The notes beneath the pieces are model-generated. The model ran no database searches, was not told the DNA's origin, and saw only the letters and a list, made by a program, of their open reading frames with translations. Of a stretch of DNA of 64,000 bases, positions 1-11,600 are shown in pieces. The first letter of the stretch is position 1. Each line of letters starts with the position of its first letter. The position numbers and the translations under genes are program-made. This DNA comes from Balanoglossus misakiensis (Eukaryota > Animalia > Hemichordata), in the NCBI GenBank assembly GCA_040954595.2, contig CM082580.2, forward strand, positions 920,783 through 984,782. The letters are read 5' to 3'.

Positions 1-549
1 TGACCCCTTTGACCTCTGCTGACCTCATTAAATATGCACATACCTAATTACAGATGAACCAATAGACCTAGAGGTTTTGTTTTTTTTATACATGGACCTT
101 TATGGTGTCAAAATATTTTGCCCAAATGTTGGGTGACCTCGGGTGACCTTTGACCTACTTTTGCATATCTCGACATCCACAGCAGATACAGCCTTGGCGT
201 TTGGAGGTATGGGGCCATAATGAAAAGCCAAAGTTTTGGGTCACCTGTGACACCTGCTTAACTCATTATTTATGTCCATACCTAATTCCGGGCTAACCAA
301 AAGGGCTAGAGGTCTGGTTTTTGTTGGACATGGACCACTATGGGTCAAAATTTTCTGCCCAAATTGTGGGTGACCTCTGGGTGACCTTTGACCTACTTAA
401 CACTATATCAACACCAAACATAGATATAACCTTGATATTTCATGGGATAAAACACAGCATTATGTTTCTACTCATTAATTATGTGCATTTCTAATAATCA
501 GACCAGATAATAGAGCTTGGGCCCGGACAATGCTGCTTGCAGCTTTAAT
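1..549 (+). mobile_element. 3' part of a non-autonomous Helentron (HINE), family A; 5' end lies outside the window
   Basis: Ends with subTIR GCTTGGGCCCG (515-525), stem-loop GCTGC-TT-GCAGC (532-543) and TTTAAT (544-549). The body aligns by eye with ~2795-3449, the 3' part of the complete family A copy. Confidence 0.85.
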
Positions 550-1760
550 CTTTATTATTATTCTTCTTCTGCAAATAATCGGCCAGGTAGATCTGGAAAA
601 CCGCAGCACCTAGGGGGCTGAAACTTGGTAGGGTGGTAGGGGCCAATGAGTAGACGTGCAGTGGCTCGTGAATATTTAATTAGTCACGTGACCTGGCGGC
701 CATATTGGATTTCCTGAAAATCATTAAATGAGTCCTTCTCAAAAACCACTGGGCCGATCGAGTTCAAATTTGGTGTGCAGGTAGCCTACCTTATGTCCAT
801 CATTTTACCCCATTAAAATCATGACGTCATACATAAAGTTTTTTTGCTACAATCGTTTTTCTGAAAAACTACTTATAACTTTAAAAATCTTCTTCTCCAG
901 AACCAGCAGTTACCGAGTCTCGGGATTTGGGATATGTGGTCACCTAACCTATGTCTATCAAGTTTGCGAAGCGCACTGTGATTGGTCGATCATTATGGCG
1001 GCCATGTTGGATTTTCGGAAAACCATTGAAAAGTGATAATTCCGTTTTGTAGCCAAAATGTTGACAGCATGGAAATTCTTTTTTTGGATATGAGTCATCA
1101 TATGACCGGAAGTTGTCACAATTTTTCGGGGCAATTTTCGGATGACCTTTGACCCAGTTTTAAAACAACTAATTATATATGCATATTCCCCATACCTCCT
1201 CTTGTCAAAGCACCACAGTCATGAATTTTGTGGACATGGGTACCAATGCTGCCAGGACATGACACAAATATTTTGGTAATTTTGACAATGACCTTTGACC
1301 TATTTCTGAAACATCATTTTTCTGCATATCTAATTCCATGCTACCCAATAGGGCTAGAGGTCTGGTATTGGTTGGACATGGCCCACTCTGGGGTCAAAAT
1401 TTTATGCCCAAATTTTTGGTGACCTTGGATGACCTTTGATCTACTTTCCCATATCTCAGCATCCACAGCAGTTAGAGTCCTGGCTTTTGGAGGGCCGATG
1501 GAGCACATATGGAGTCTTACACAAGACCTCATTAATTATGCGCATACCTAATTCTAGACGAACAAATAGAGCTAGGGGTCTGGTTTTTGTTGGATCTAGG
1601 CTAGTATAGTGTCCAATTTTTTTGCCCAATTTTGGGGTGACCTCAGGTGACCTTTGACCTACTTTCCCATATCTTGGTATCCCCAGCAGATACAGCCGTG
1701 GCATTTGCTGGTCACCATGGGAACCGCTTGTGCCCCGCCAACGCTGCTTGCAGCTTTAAT
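550..1760 (+). mobile_element. Non-autonomous Helentron (HINE), family B short form; its ~55-bp 5' end is expected upstream of the family A insertion, outside the window
   Basis: 550-~1590 closely matches 3450-~4510. ~1590-1760 matches ~20645-20814. Ends with subTIR GCTTGTGCCCC (1726-1736), GCTGCTTGCAGC (1743-1754) and TTTAAT. Confidence 0.85.
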
Positions 1761-1819
1761 TAGGGGCACAAGCCTATCGGGCTTGTGCCCCTATTGGTAT
1801 TGTTGGAATTTTTCTTTAT
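1761..1819 (+). repeat. 59-bp duplicated family B 5' terminus (hairpin/subTIR stub)
   Basis: TAGGGGCACAAGCC-TATCG-GGCTTGTGCCCCTA (14-bp stem, 1761-1793) followed by TTGGTATTGTTGGAATTTTT. The same sequence is repeated exactly from 1820. Confidence 0.9.
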
Positions 1820-1871
1820 TAGGGGCACAAGCCTATCGGGCTTGTGCCCCTATTGGTATTGTTGGAATTTT

Positions 1872-3449
1872 TACGGGCCCAAGCCAAGCCAGGCTTGGGC
1901 CCGTATTGGTTTCGTTGGGGTTTTTCTTTCTTTCTTTATTCTTATGTCAATTCTTTGCTCTCCTAGATCTCTGAAACGGCTACAGGTACACTTCTCAAAC
2001 TTGCTACAGTGGTCAAGGTCAATGAGTAGATGTGCAGTGGCTTGTGAATATTTAATTAGTCACGTGACCTGGCGGCCATATTGGATTTTCTGAAAATCTT
2101 TAAATGGCTTCTTCTCAAAAACCACAGGGCCAATCAAGTTCAAATTTGGTGTATGGTACACATGTCCTCTTCCCTTCAAAGTTTGACAATAAAATCCTGA
2201 GCGGTCACGTGACTTTGGCCGCCATATTGGATTTTCGAAAAAGTACAGTAAAATCTTCAAAAATCTTCTTCTCCAGAACCGGCAATAACCGAGTCATGGG
2301 ATTTAGGGTATGACATCACCTAACTGATGTCTATCAAGTTTGCGAAGAGCGTTGTGATTGGTCGAAGATTATGGCGGCCATATTGGATTTTGTTAAAACC
2401 AGTGAAAATTAAGAAATCATTTTTCTAGTCTAAAAATAGATAGCATACAAATTCTTTTTATGGATATGAGTCGTCATATGACTAAAATATGTTGCAAATT
2501 TTTTGGCAATTTTCACATGACCTTTGACCTACTTTTTTAAGAACCTGCATATATGCATATATAGCTCATACTACGTGTTCTAAATGTACCAGAGTTCTGA
2601 TTTTTGTGCACATTGGTATCACCCCTGCCAGGACCTACCTCAAATATTTTGGTAATTTTGGCAATGACCTTTGACCTACTTTTGACACATCATTTTTTCT
2701 GCATATCTAATTCCAGGCTAACCTATAGGGCTATCATTTTGGTTTTTGATGTATGTGGATTTGTATGTGATCAAAAAATTTCGCTACTTTTCATGATCCC
2801 TTTGACCTCTGCTGACCTCATTTAATATGCGCATACCTAATTACAGATGAACCAATAGACCTAGAGGTTTGGTTTTTGTTGGACATGGACCAGTATTGGG
2901 TCAAAATATTCTGCCCAAATTTTGGGCGACCTGCTTAACTCATTATTTATGTGCATACCTAATTCCGGGCTAACCAAAAGGGCTAGAGGTCTGGTTTTTG
3001 TTGGACATGGACCACTATGGGTCAAAATTTTCTGCCCAAATTTTGGGTGACCTAAGATGACCTTTGACCTAATTTTGCATATCTCGGCATCCAAAGCAGG
3101 TACAGCCTTGGCATTTGGAGATATGGGGCCATAATGAAAAGCCAAAGTTTTGGGTCACCAGTGACACCTGCTTAACTCATTATTTATGTGCATACCTAAT
3201 TCCGGGCTAACCAAAAGGGCTAGAGGTCTGGTTTTTGTTGGACATGGACCACTATGGGTAAAATTTTCTGCCCAAATTGTGGGTGACCTCTGGGAGACCT
3301 TTGACCTACTTAACACTATATCAGCACCAAACATAGATATAACCTTGATATGTCATGGGATAATACACAGCATTATGTTTCTACTCATTAATTATGTGCA
3401 GATCAGATAATAGAGCTTGGGCCCGGACAATGCTGCTTGCAGCTTTAAT
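1872..3449 (+). mobile_element. Complete non-autonomous Helentron (HINE), family A, ~1.58 kb, nested in the family B 5' region
   Basis: 5' hairpin TACGGGCCCAAGCC-AAGCCA-GGCTTGGGCCCGTA (1872-1905), then a CTTT microsatellite. 3' subTIR GCTTGGGCCCG (3415-3425), stem-loop at 3432-3443, TTTAAT. Removing it restores GTTGGAATTTTTCTTTATT as seen at 1802-1820. Confidence 0.9.
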
Positions 3450-3451
3450 TC

Positions 3452-3452
<1 letters not shown>

Positions 3453-3485
<33 letters not shown>
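3453..3485 (+). repeat. (TTA)n microsatellite in the family B 5' region
   Basis: About 11 tandem TTA/ATT units. The equivalent tract at ~551-562 is much shorter. Confidence 0.9.
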
Positions 3486-4039
3486 TTCCGAGAAATTCGG
3501 CCAGGTAGATCTGGAAAACCGCAGCACCTAGGGGGCTGAAACTTGGTAGGGTGGTAGGGGCCAATGAGTAGACGTGCAGTGGCTCGTGAATATTTAATTA
3601 GTCACGTGACCTGGCGGCCATATTGGATTTCCTGAAAATCGTTAAATGAGTCCTTCTCTAAAACCACTGGGCCGATCGAGTTCAAATTTGGTGTGCAGGT
3701 AGCCTACCTTATGTCCATCATTTTACCCCATTAAAATCATGACGTCATACATAACGTTTTTTTGCTACAATTGTTTTTCTGAAAAACTACTTAAAACTTT
3801 AAAAATCTTCTTCTCCAGAACCAGCGGTTACCGAGTCTCGGGATTTGGGATATGTGGTCACCTAACCTATGTCTATCAAGTTTGCGAAGCGCACTGTGAT
3901 TGGTCGATCATTATGGCGGCCATGTTGGATGTTCGGAAAACCATTGAAAAGTGATAATTCCGTTTTGTAGCCAAAATGTTGACAGCATGGAAATTCTTTT
4001 TTTGGATATGAGTCATCATATGACCGGAAGTTGTCACAA

Positions 4040-5010
4040 TTTTTCGGGGCAATTTTTACATGACCTTTGACCCAGTTTTAAAACAACTAATTATATATGC
4101 ATATTCCCCATACCTCCTCTTGTAAAAGCACCACAGTCATGAATTTTGTGGACATGGGTAACAATGCTGCCAGGACATGACACAAATATTTTGGTAATTT
4201 TGGCAATGACCCTTGACCTACTTCTGAAACATCATTTTTCTGCATATCTAATTCCAGGCTAACCAATAGGGCTAGAGCTCTGGTTTTAGTTGGACATGGC
4301 CCACTCTGGGGTCAAAATTTTATGCCCAAATTTTGGGTGACCTTGGATGACCTTTGATCTACTTTCCCATATCTCAGCATCCACGGCAGTTAGAGTCCTG
4401 GCTTTTGGGGGGCGATGGAGCACATATGGAGTCTTACACAAGACCTCATTAATTATGCACATACCTAATTCTAGGTGAACCAATACAGCTAGGGGTCTGG
4501 TTTTTGTTGGGCCTATTTCCGATACATCATTTTACTGCATATCTAATTCCAAGCTAACCAATCGGGTTGGAGGTTTAGTTTTTGTTGGACATAGACCATT
4601 CTGGGGTAAAAAATTTAAGCCCAAATTTTGGCTGACCTCATGTGATGTTTGACCTACTTTCCCATATCTCGGTATCCACAGCAGATACAGCCTTGGTATT
4701 CGCTGGTTACCTCAGGAGACTTTTGACCTTCTTTCCCATATCACAGCATCCAGAGCACATACAGCCTTGGCATTTGGGAGGGATTGAACACATAATGGAG
4801 TCTTACACCTGACCTCATTAATTAGCACATATCTAATTAAAGGCTAAATAGTAGGTAGAGGTACGTTTTTTGCTGGACATGGACCAGTAAAATTTCGGGT
4901 GACCTTTGCTGACCTTTGACTTACTTTCACATATCTTGGCATCCACAGCAGATACAGCCTCGGCAATTGGAGGCATTGAACACCTAATGAAGTCTTACAC
5001 TTTGACTCAA
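4040..5010 (+). repeat. Degenerate internal subrepeats of the Helentron (TGACCTTTGACCT-rich modules); also at ~1-470, 1130-1720, 2500-3330 and 20450-20770
   Basis: Recurring blocks such as GCATATCTAATTCC, GGTTTTTGTTGGACATGG, CCCAAATTTTGGGTGACCT, TGACCTTTGACCTACTTT and CAGCAGATACAGCCTTGGCATTTG. Confidence 0.8.
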
Positions 5011-7355
5011 AAAATAAATCAGTTATTTTTTATTTTTCCTTTTCAGATTGTTTGGGTTAATTTGAATCAGGCTCCAGGCCCACAGAAAAATATATATAAA
5101 TACATGACACCAATACACACAAAGCTTACAAGTACAATAATTACCGTAGTATAAAATATTCCTCCAGTGTCTACACAGTAGACACTCTATATATGTACAG
5201 GCATAGATATTCTTAATATAGAGATTCTCAGAGGTGCATAGGACTAGGTGGATGCGCGAATGTGATGAATACAACAGGTTGGTAGGTCTACACAGATTGC
5301 AATGTTGCTGAAGTGGCATCCCCTGTATAATGGATTTGCTGAAGAGTGAACTGTTCCTAGTTTTGCTGAACTGGTCGTGTAGTAGTGAATAGATTGGAGT
5401 GACACAGAAAACAAGTAGAGTTCAGTCTTGTAGGCACTCCCAGTGAGTTGTGAATGTCAACTGACAATTTCCACATAAAGGTAGCCAGAACTGATTGACC
5501 TGCTTGAACTGTGTATTAAAATTTCTATTGTTTGCACTTAAGTTCATCAGACACCATCATCAACTTCACCTAAGTAGTAAATACCAGGTGTGAACATATC
5601 AATATGCAAATGGGAAGAACCCAGTCATTCAAACTTCCATGAAATCTTATGAAATCATTTTGCTGGTGTCAGTGCACTACAATGGTCCTTCTGGAAACTG
5701 TTCAACTTATCAAATCATCGCCTGACACTAGAAAAGTAAATCATGGTTTGGTGATAACAGGTGACATCTTCTGGAAAACAATTCTTTATCTGATTGGAGT
5801 GTGGCTATCATTAACGTAGCCCATTGTTAGCTCTCTAACAAACAAGACCACTAAGATCTGTATACTTACTAGGGATAGTGTTACATGAATGTTAAAGCCA
5901 TAATTATTGAACACACCTGTCTCCCAATACATTTGGTATTCTAAGTATATGTATGGGTCAGTGCAGGTCACGTGAACATATAAATCACCTATTGACAATA
6001 ATAGCATATGGAAATAAACATAAACCAATGACAATAATTTAAACATCAAGGTATGAATACAGTTACATAAGTTCTTCCAATAAGTGCTGTGACTATTTTT
6101 AAAATAATTCAGATATTTATACTGTAGTACTAATAGGAACACATTTTATGAAAGTTGATGTCCTTGTCTACTACGTTTGGTATTTCTCTAACAAATCAAA
6201 TATGACATAAAAAGTAAATAATTAATGACACGCCCGTAATGCAAAACTGATAGTGTCAGTGTTGGTGGGTTACTTTGGATCTGTCAATAACCAAGCTCAT
6301 ACTAAATGTTTGCGATTAAAGCGATAGTGAGATATTTCAGTGTACAGTGTTTGATTTATTCACACTGGTTCAGTTATTGCTACTGCAGTTAAAGCATGTT
6401 GTTAGTACATATATAGCAATGATGATTCACAGAATACAAGTCTGAATACCAGATATCAAGGATAATTTTGGGATTGCCATTCATAGGATGTTTTTCTTGG
6501 TGCGTGTACCCCTTAAAATTAAGTCTCAGATGGGCAATTTGTATTGTTTTCTGAAAGCAAACATCATATGGGGACATTGGTTTTTGTTTTATTCTATAAA
6601 ACACCATACGGTACTATACTTCAGACAGGTTATTAAAATCGCTTCACAAATGTCTCTATAATGATTTTAACTTCAGTGTATTAAGCCATTCATGACAGCC
6701 TCAGAGACACAAAAGTAGACAGTGGTAATATGTAGTCATTCTGTAGATAACATAGTGAAAATAGATAAAAATATATTTCAAACATTTACAAAATGGAATT
6801 GAACATTGATAAACCTAGGCTACCCTGGTGCTAATGTTTTTCCAATTATAAATCAATGTTTTACACATTTCCCCCAATGGTACTTTACATACAGTGTAAT
6901 AAAACATCAATTAGAAATATTAAGTTGTGTAATCATACTTAAATTAACCTTCTTCCTAGAGAATTTTCAATGCACCATTTACCAACTTCCATTTCATTGT
7001 CAACAGAATGAAAATGCTTTGGTACATGATTGAAATCTTTCATTCAAGCTTTACTATATTTTTTGCAATTTTGGCAAATTTCTCATTATTAACTTGACAC
7101 GTACAATGGTTTCTTTAAATAAACCTTACTGATGGGTATTTACATAAAACATAGTGTGAACCTCTGATTCAGGCTGCATAATAAATATGACTAACTTGAA
7201 TCATTAACAGATGCTACATCCATCTATTCTGCAGTCCCGCATTGTATAAGTACACACTCATTCTAGTATGCACATGGATATTGGAATCTGCACATATTCC
7301 AAATGTTGTTGTCTGTATACATATAGGATCAGATGATGGGTGAAATATGCCAGCA

Positions 7356-7497
7356 CAGTGTTCTCCAAAGAACAATTAAAGCATGGTGGCTACCACTCTT
7401 ATTCTTAAATTTTGAGAAAGCAATATCACTAACATAATGATTACAATGTTATGGATATTATCCACCTAACTTTCCCAAAATCCTGTGGAGAACACTG
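7356..7497. mobile_element. Small, old hAT-like MITE (142 bp)
   Basis: TIRs CAGTGTTCTCCA / TGGAGAACACTG. The flanking 8-mers TGCCAGCA (7348-7355) and TGTAAGCA (7498-7505) match at 6/8, consistent with a decayed 8-bp TSD. Confidence 0.6.
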
Positions 7498-8241
7498 TGT
7501 AAGCAGTAATGCAAACAAGGCTATTGGGACTGTTATTACTCACACTTTTGATATCATATATTGTCTGTTAATTACAGTAACACAGTGTCAGGTTGGAATT
7601 ATGACATACATTCATGTAGGACTAAAACTGTGAGTTTTGATGAAATCAGGTGAAATACATATCTCAATTGACAGTACTGGAATAAATAAAATCATCAAGA
7701 AATGACAGTCGGGTGCATTTAATGGATAACATCACAACAACATGGTCACACCCATAACATTTTGGGTATAGTCAAATAAAAGTCATGTCATGCATCAGAA
7801 ATCATAAACGGCCACCACTGACTTCTTTTTTTGTAGCACGTTATAAATTGGTGTGCTTTAATATACATCAATAAGCAGGTATGTGTGCACAATGACCTAC
7901 AACATGATAATATCATGTCACTATAATGATGATCCATGTAAATGATTGCATTTGAACATGTCATTTCAATGAAATCATTGCAGCCATGTCAAACAAATGG
8001 CTCTGAAATGATAGACAATCAAATATTAGTCTCCCATCACACAAAAACAGTGACAGCTTGATATCAAATGTGACAATTAGCACCAGGGTAACCTAAGAGT
8101 AACATATTAATTAGTTTACAACCCCCCCCCCACCCCAACAATTCCCAAATGGGGACCCGTAAGTCTCAAACCCCATTATCCCTCCCACCAGTTGTATGTA
8201 ACACGGGTTTTAAATACTATATGCATAATGCCTTAATGATG

Positions 8242-8632
8242 TTAATGCTGATGGCTTAATGTAAACTGACAGAAGTACTTTGGCAGTATTTCAACTCCAA
8301 TATTTTCTGTTCCTTTCACATACACATGGTCAATCAATGTACAAGCTTCTGTAGTTAGATTGCTCAAATGTTGCTTGAAACCAAGGTCTTGCATTACATT
8401 GACAAGAGATGATTTAAATATTTTCATTGATGTCACCCATGATCACTGAAGCACCTGGATACATTTACATTTCCTTTCATCAACAGAAGTAAGTTTTTCC
8501 TGAACACCTCTGCTTTATATGATGGTGGTCTTAAATTACTGCTACCACCGTATTGGTGATTGAATTTCAATCCATTCACTGGTACCTCACTTGTATTAAA
8601 TTTGCTTCTCAGATCACCATGTTTGGTTAAAC
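8242..8632 (-). pseudogene. Decayed duplicate of the endonuclease-domain C-terminus of the Rep/Hel/EN gene
   Basis: 8242-~8555 aligns with ~8667-8981; its translation GFKQHLSNLTTEACTLIDHVYVKG compares with GFKQHVSKPTTEAGTLIDHVYVKG. ~8556-8632 aligns with ~9146-9220. It carries indels and an internal deletion. Confidence 0.85.
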
Positions 8633-8656
8633 ATTGTAGATATTACAATGAGTCTT

Positions 8657-11600
8657 TCAATAGATCTTAATGCTGATGGCTTCATGAAAACTGAAGTACT
8701 TTGGCACAATGCCAACTTCCACCTTTCCTGCTCCTTTCACATACACATGGTCAATCAATGTACCAGCTTCTGTGGTTGGTTTGCTCACGTGTTGTTTGAA
8801 ACCATGGTCTTGCATGAGTTTCACAAGAGATGATGAGGTTAAAATATTTTCATTGAAATCACCCATGATCACTGTAGCACCTGAATACTTTGACATTTCC
8901 TTCACCAACAGAAGAAGGTTTTTCCTGAATGCGATTGCTTTATAGGATGATGGTCTGTAAATTACTGCTACCACCGTATTGATGTCTTTGACATAAAATG
9001 TAAGATATTCCAAGTTACTAACAGGCAAATCCAAAATTTCAACAGATTCACTTCCTTTGACGTAGAGGCCAACACCACCATGATGTTGCAACTGCAACTG
9101 TGAAGAATTCATATCAAAGTTGTTATACGATTTTGACCGAGGCTTGTGACTGAATTCAAATCCATTCACTATCACATCACATTTTGTCTGGTTCTCAGTT
9201 AGCCATGTTTCCGTCAAACAAATAAAGTCTGACTCCAAGTATTCCTTGCCACTACGAATATCTTCCATGTGGTTCAGAAGACCTTCAACATTATGAAGTA
9301 TAAAAGAGCATCTATAGTTTGGCTGTAATTGCTCAAAGCACCCATCAACAAACTTTGGCATCATTTCCAAGGCTGCTTGAACCTTTTCATTGCAATATAT
9401 AGAAGATGTCTTAAATTCATCAATTATTAGCCCATCTAATGATGTCACTCGACTCAATGCAACATATGCCTGTCCTGGTGCAAATATCTTCTTTAAACTG
9501 ACAACAGCTTTTTCAACTGTTAATCCCTGTACCTTATGCACTGTACATGCCCATGCTAGTTTCAGAGGAAATTGTCTCCTAATACCACCATTACTTGCAA
9601 CAGACATTTCCTGAGGTTCTATACGGGTGGTGTTTTCAGGAAGGTCAGATATATTTACACGGTTCTTGTTTCGCAATCCTTGGCCAACTTTCACATTGTC
9701 AAATACAACATAAACAGCAGTTGGAAAGCTTTCATTTGGTTTCACATCAATGTGACATACTGATCCAAATACACCATTCACCAATCCATCAGAGACATCA
9801 ATATTTTGTGTCAGTTGCACTCGTGCACCCTTAGCTAGAGTGAGAGTCTTTGGTAAAGTGGTCCTATAGACCTTGGCATGATGGCCTTCCTTTCTTTGGA
9901 GTTTCCCAGTCTTAGTATTCTTACTAAAATCTTGTGCTTCAATACATACAGGATCAGAGCACAAGGAATGTAGCATTGTGATATTGCAATTGTTAACTTC
10001 TGCATTTGTAGCAAAGATGTGAATTGCCTCAGATGCTTCACCAGTCACACGGTTATTGAACATTTCTAGATCATTTGCACTCAGTGTGTGCCCTTTCTTG
10101 TGAATTCTTACTCTATTTAGTGCTTCTGCAAATGCACAGTCCTTTTGTCTCATTATTTCAGTGAGTTCCACAATTTTGAAATTATTCCACATATTGATGG
10201 CATCATTTTCCACACACAGTGGACTTGCTTTCACAGGTGGCAGCTGATAAAAGTCACCCACAGCAATAACACACACATTTCCAAATGGTGAACCACTTGG
10301 TGTTTGTTTGATTTGACGTAATCGTCCATGTACGTAGTGAAATAATTTTCTGTCTACCATAGAAATCTCATCTATTATTAAAATCTGAAGATTTCCCAAT
10401 TTGGAACGAAGAGTGTTGAGTTTTTCTTCACGTAGTGGCTCATATGGTAGTTTTGAGTCTACTGCTATTGAAAATGCATGATGGAGAGTTTCACCTCCTA
10501 CATTAAATGCTGCAACTCCAGTTGAGGCTGTTACCTGTATTGATTTTTCATCTGGGTTAGCCATTACACGAGATAGAATTCGTTTGGCTTCATGATATAT
10601 GGTTTTGATTAAATGGCTTTTCCCTGTGCCAGCACCACCACTGACAAACAAATAAAGAGGTTCTGGGTTCTTGCCATTGCTTTTATCCAGACACCACTGT
10701 CTGACATTATAAAAGACTTCTGCCTGTTTCCTGTTCAGTGACCTACACATTGCTTGAACATCAGCCCTCCTTACTTCAGAGGTAGAAATTTCTATGTGGC
10801 AATCACCTTTTGGTTTGTGCACCAAATCTGGAATATCCTCCTCATTTACATCATCATCAGGCAATTGTTGACGTTCATCAATGCATTCTAATCTGTCTAT
10901 TTCACTTTCTGGACAGATTTGGGCCCATGCGTCCTCCAGAGGACCACTTCCTTCAAGGAGCTCTTCAGCTAAATCAACGGCATCAGCCTCTTTCTCAAAC
11001 ATTGCTTTATTTGCATCTACTATGACTTTCACTGTTTGTATAGAAGCAGATCCACACTTCACTGCACCCGCAGAATAGAAATTTTCATATGTTTCAAACC
11101 CATTTGGTTTCAATTGGGAATCAACCCAGTGTGGCAAGAAGAGTTCTAACATAGTGCGGTAATACTTTTCTGGAAATTTGGTCACAGAAAATCTTGCATA
11201 TCTAATGACAGCTGGATCAGTTCGAGATCTTTTTTGCATGTAACCTGCACCATTTTCCAACTTCACTATTGGATTTGCACGTTTCTCAGTGGTGGTATTT
11301 GTCACTTCTGATTTTGACACTATTCGATATTCTGAACAAAATGTCGCAAGACACATGTCGTCAAACTCGTCATCATTTGGTCTGTTCTTGTATCTGTCTA
11401 CAATGCTATTGTACCAGATATCATCCTCATTCAAATCATCTCCTGTCATTTTGCTACGTATTACACTCAATGGCAAACTCATTTTGATAGGGGTTTCTCC
11501 AGTTGGAATGAACTGGACTTTTCGAGATGATTGCTTCAGTTTCAATCCACACAGTCTATATACAGCCTCTTGAGCACTTACTTCTCTGTTGTGCAGATAA

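Noticed and set aside
1761-1819. Reading the 59-bp stub as a host element into which the long Helentron inserted
   Set aside because: The rest of such a host should resume after 20814, but satellite sequence follows instead.
821-4483. Short ORFs in the HINE bodies, including near-identical 71-aa ORFs at 821 and 3739
   Set aside because: Their similarity reflects the repeat duplication, they have no protein motifs, and family A does not keep an equivalent ORF.
5023-5319. 98-aa Cys-rich ORF with three CxxC motifs
   Set aside because: No recognisable domain spacing. TG-rich composition explains the cysteines, and the ORF overlaps a non-coding block duplicated at ~19.9 kb with indels.
8657-9305. 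Endonuclease domain as evidence of a LINE retrotransposon
   Set aside because: It is fused in frame C-terminal to the helicase, with no reverse transcriptase or poly-A tail. This is the known Helentron arrangement.
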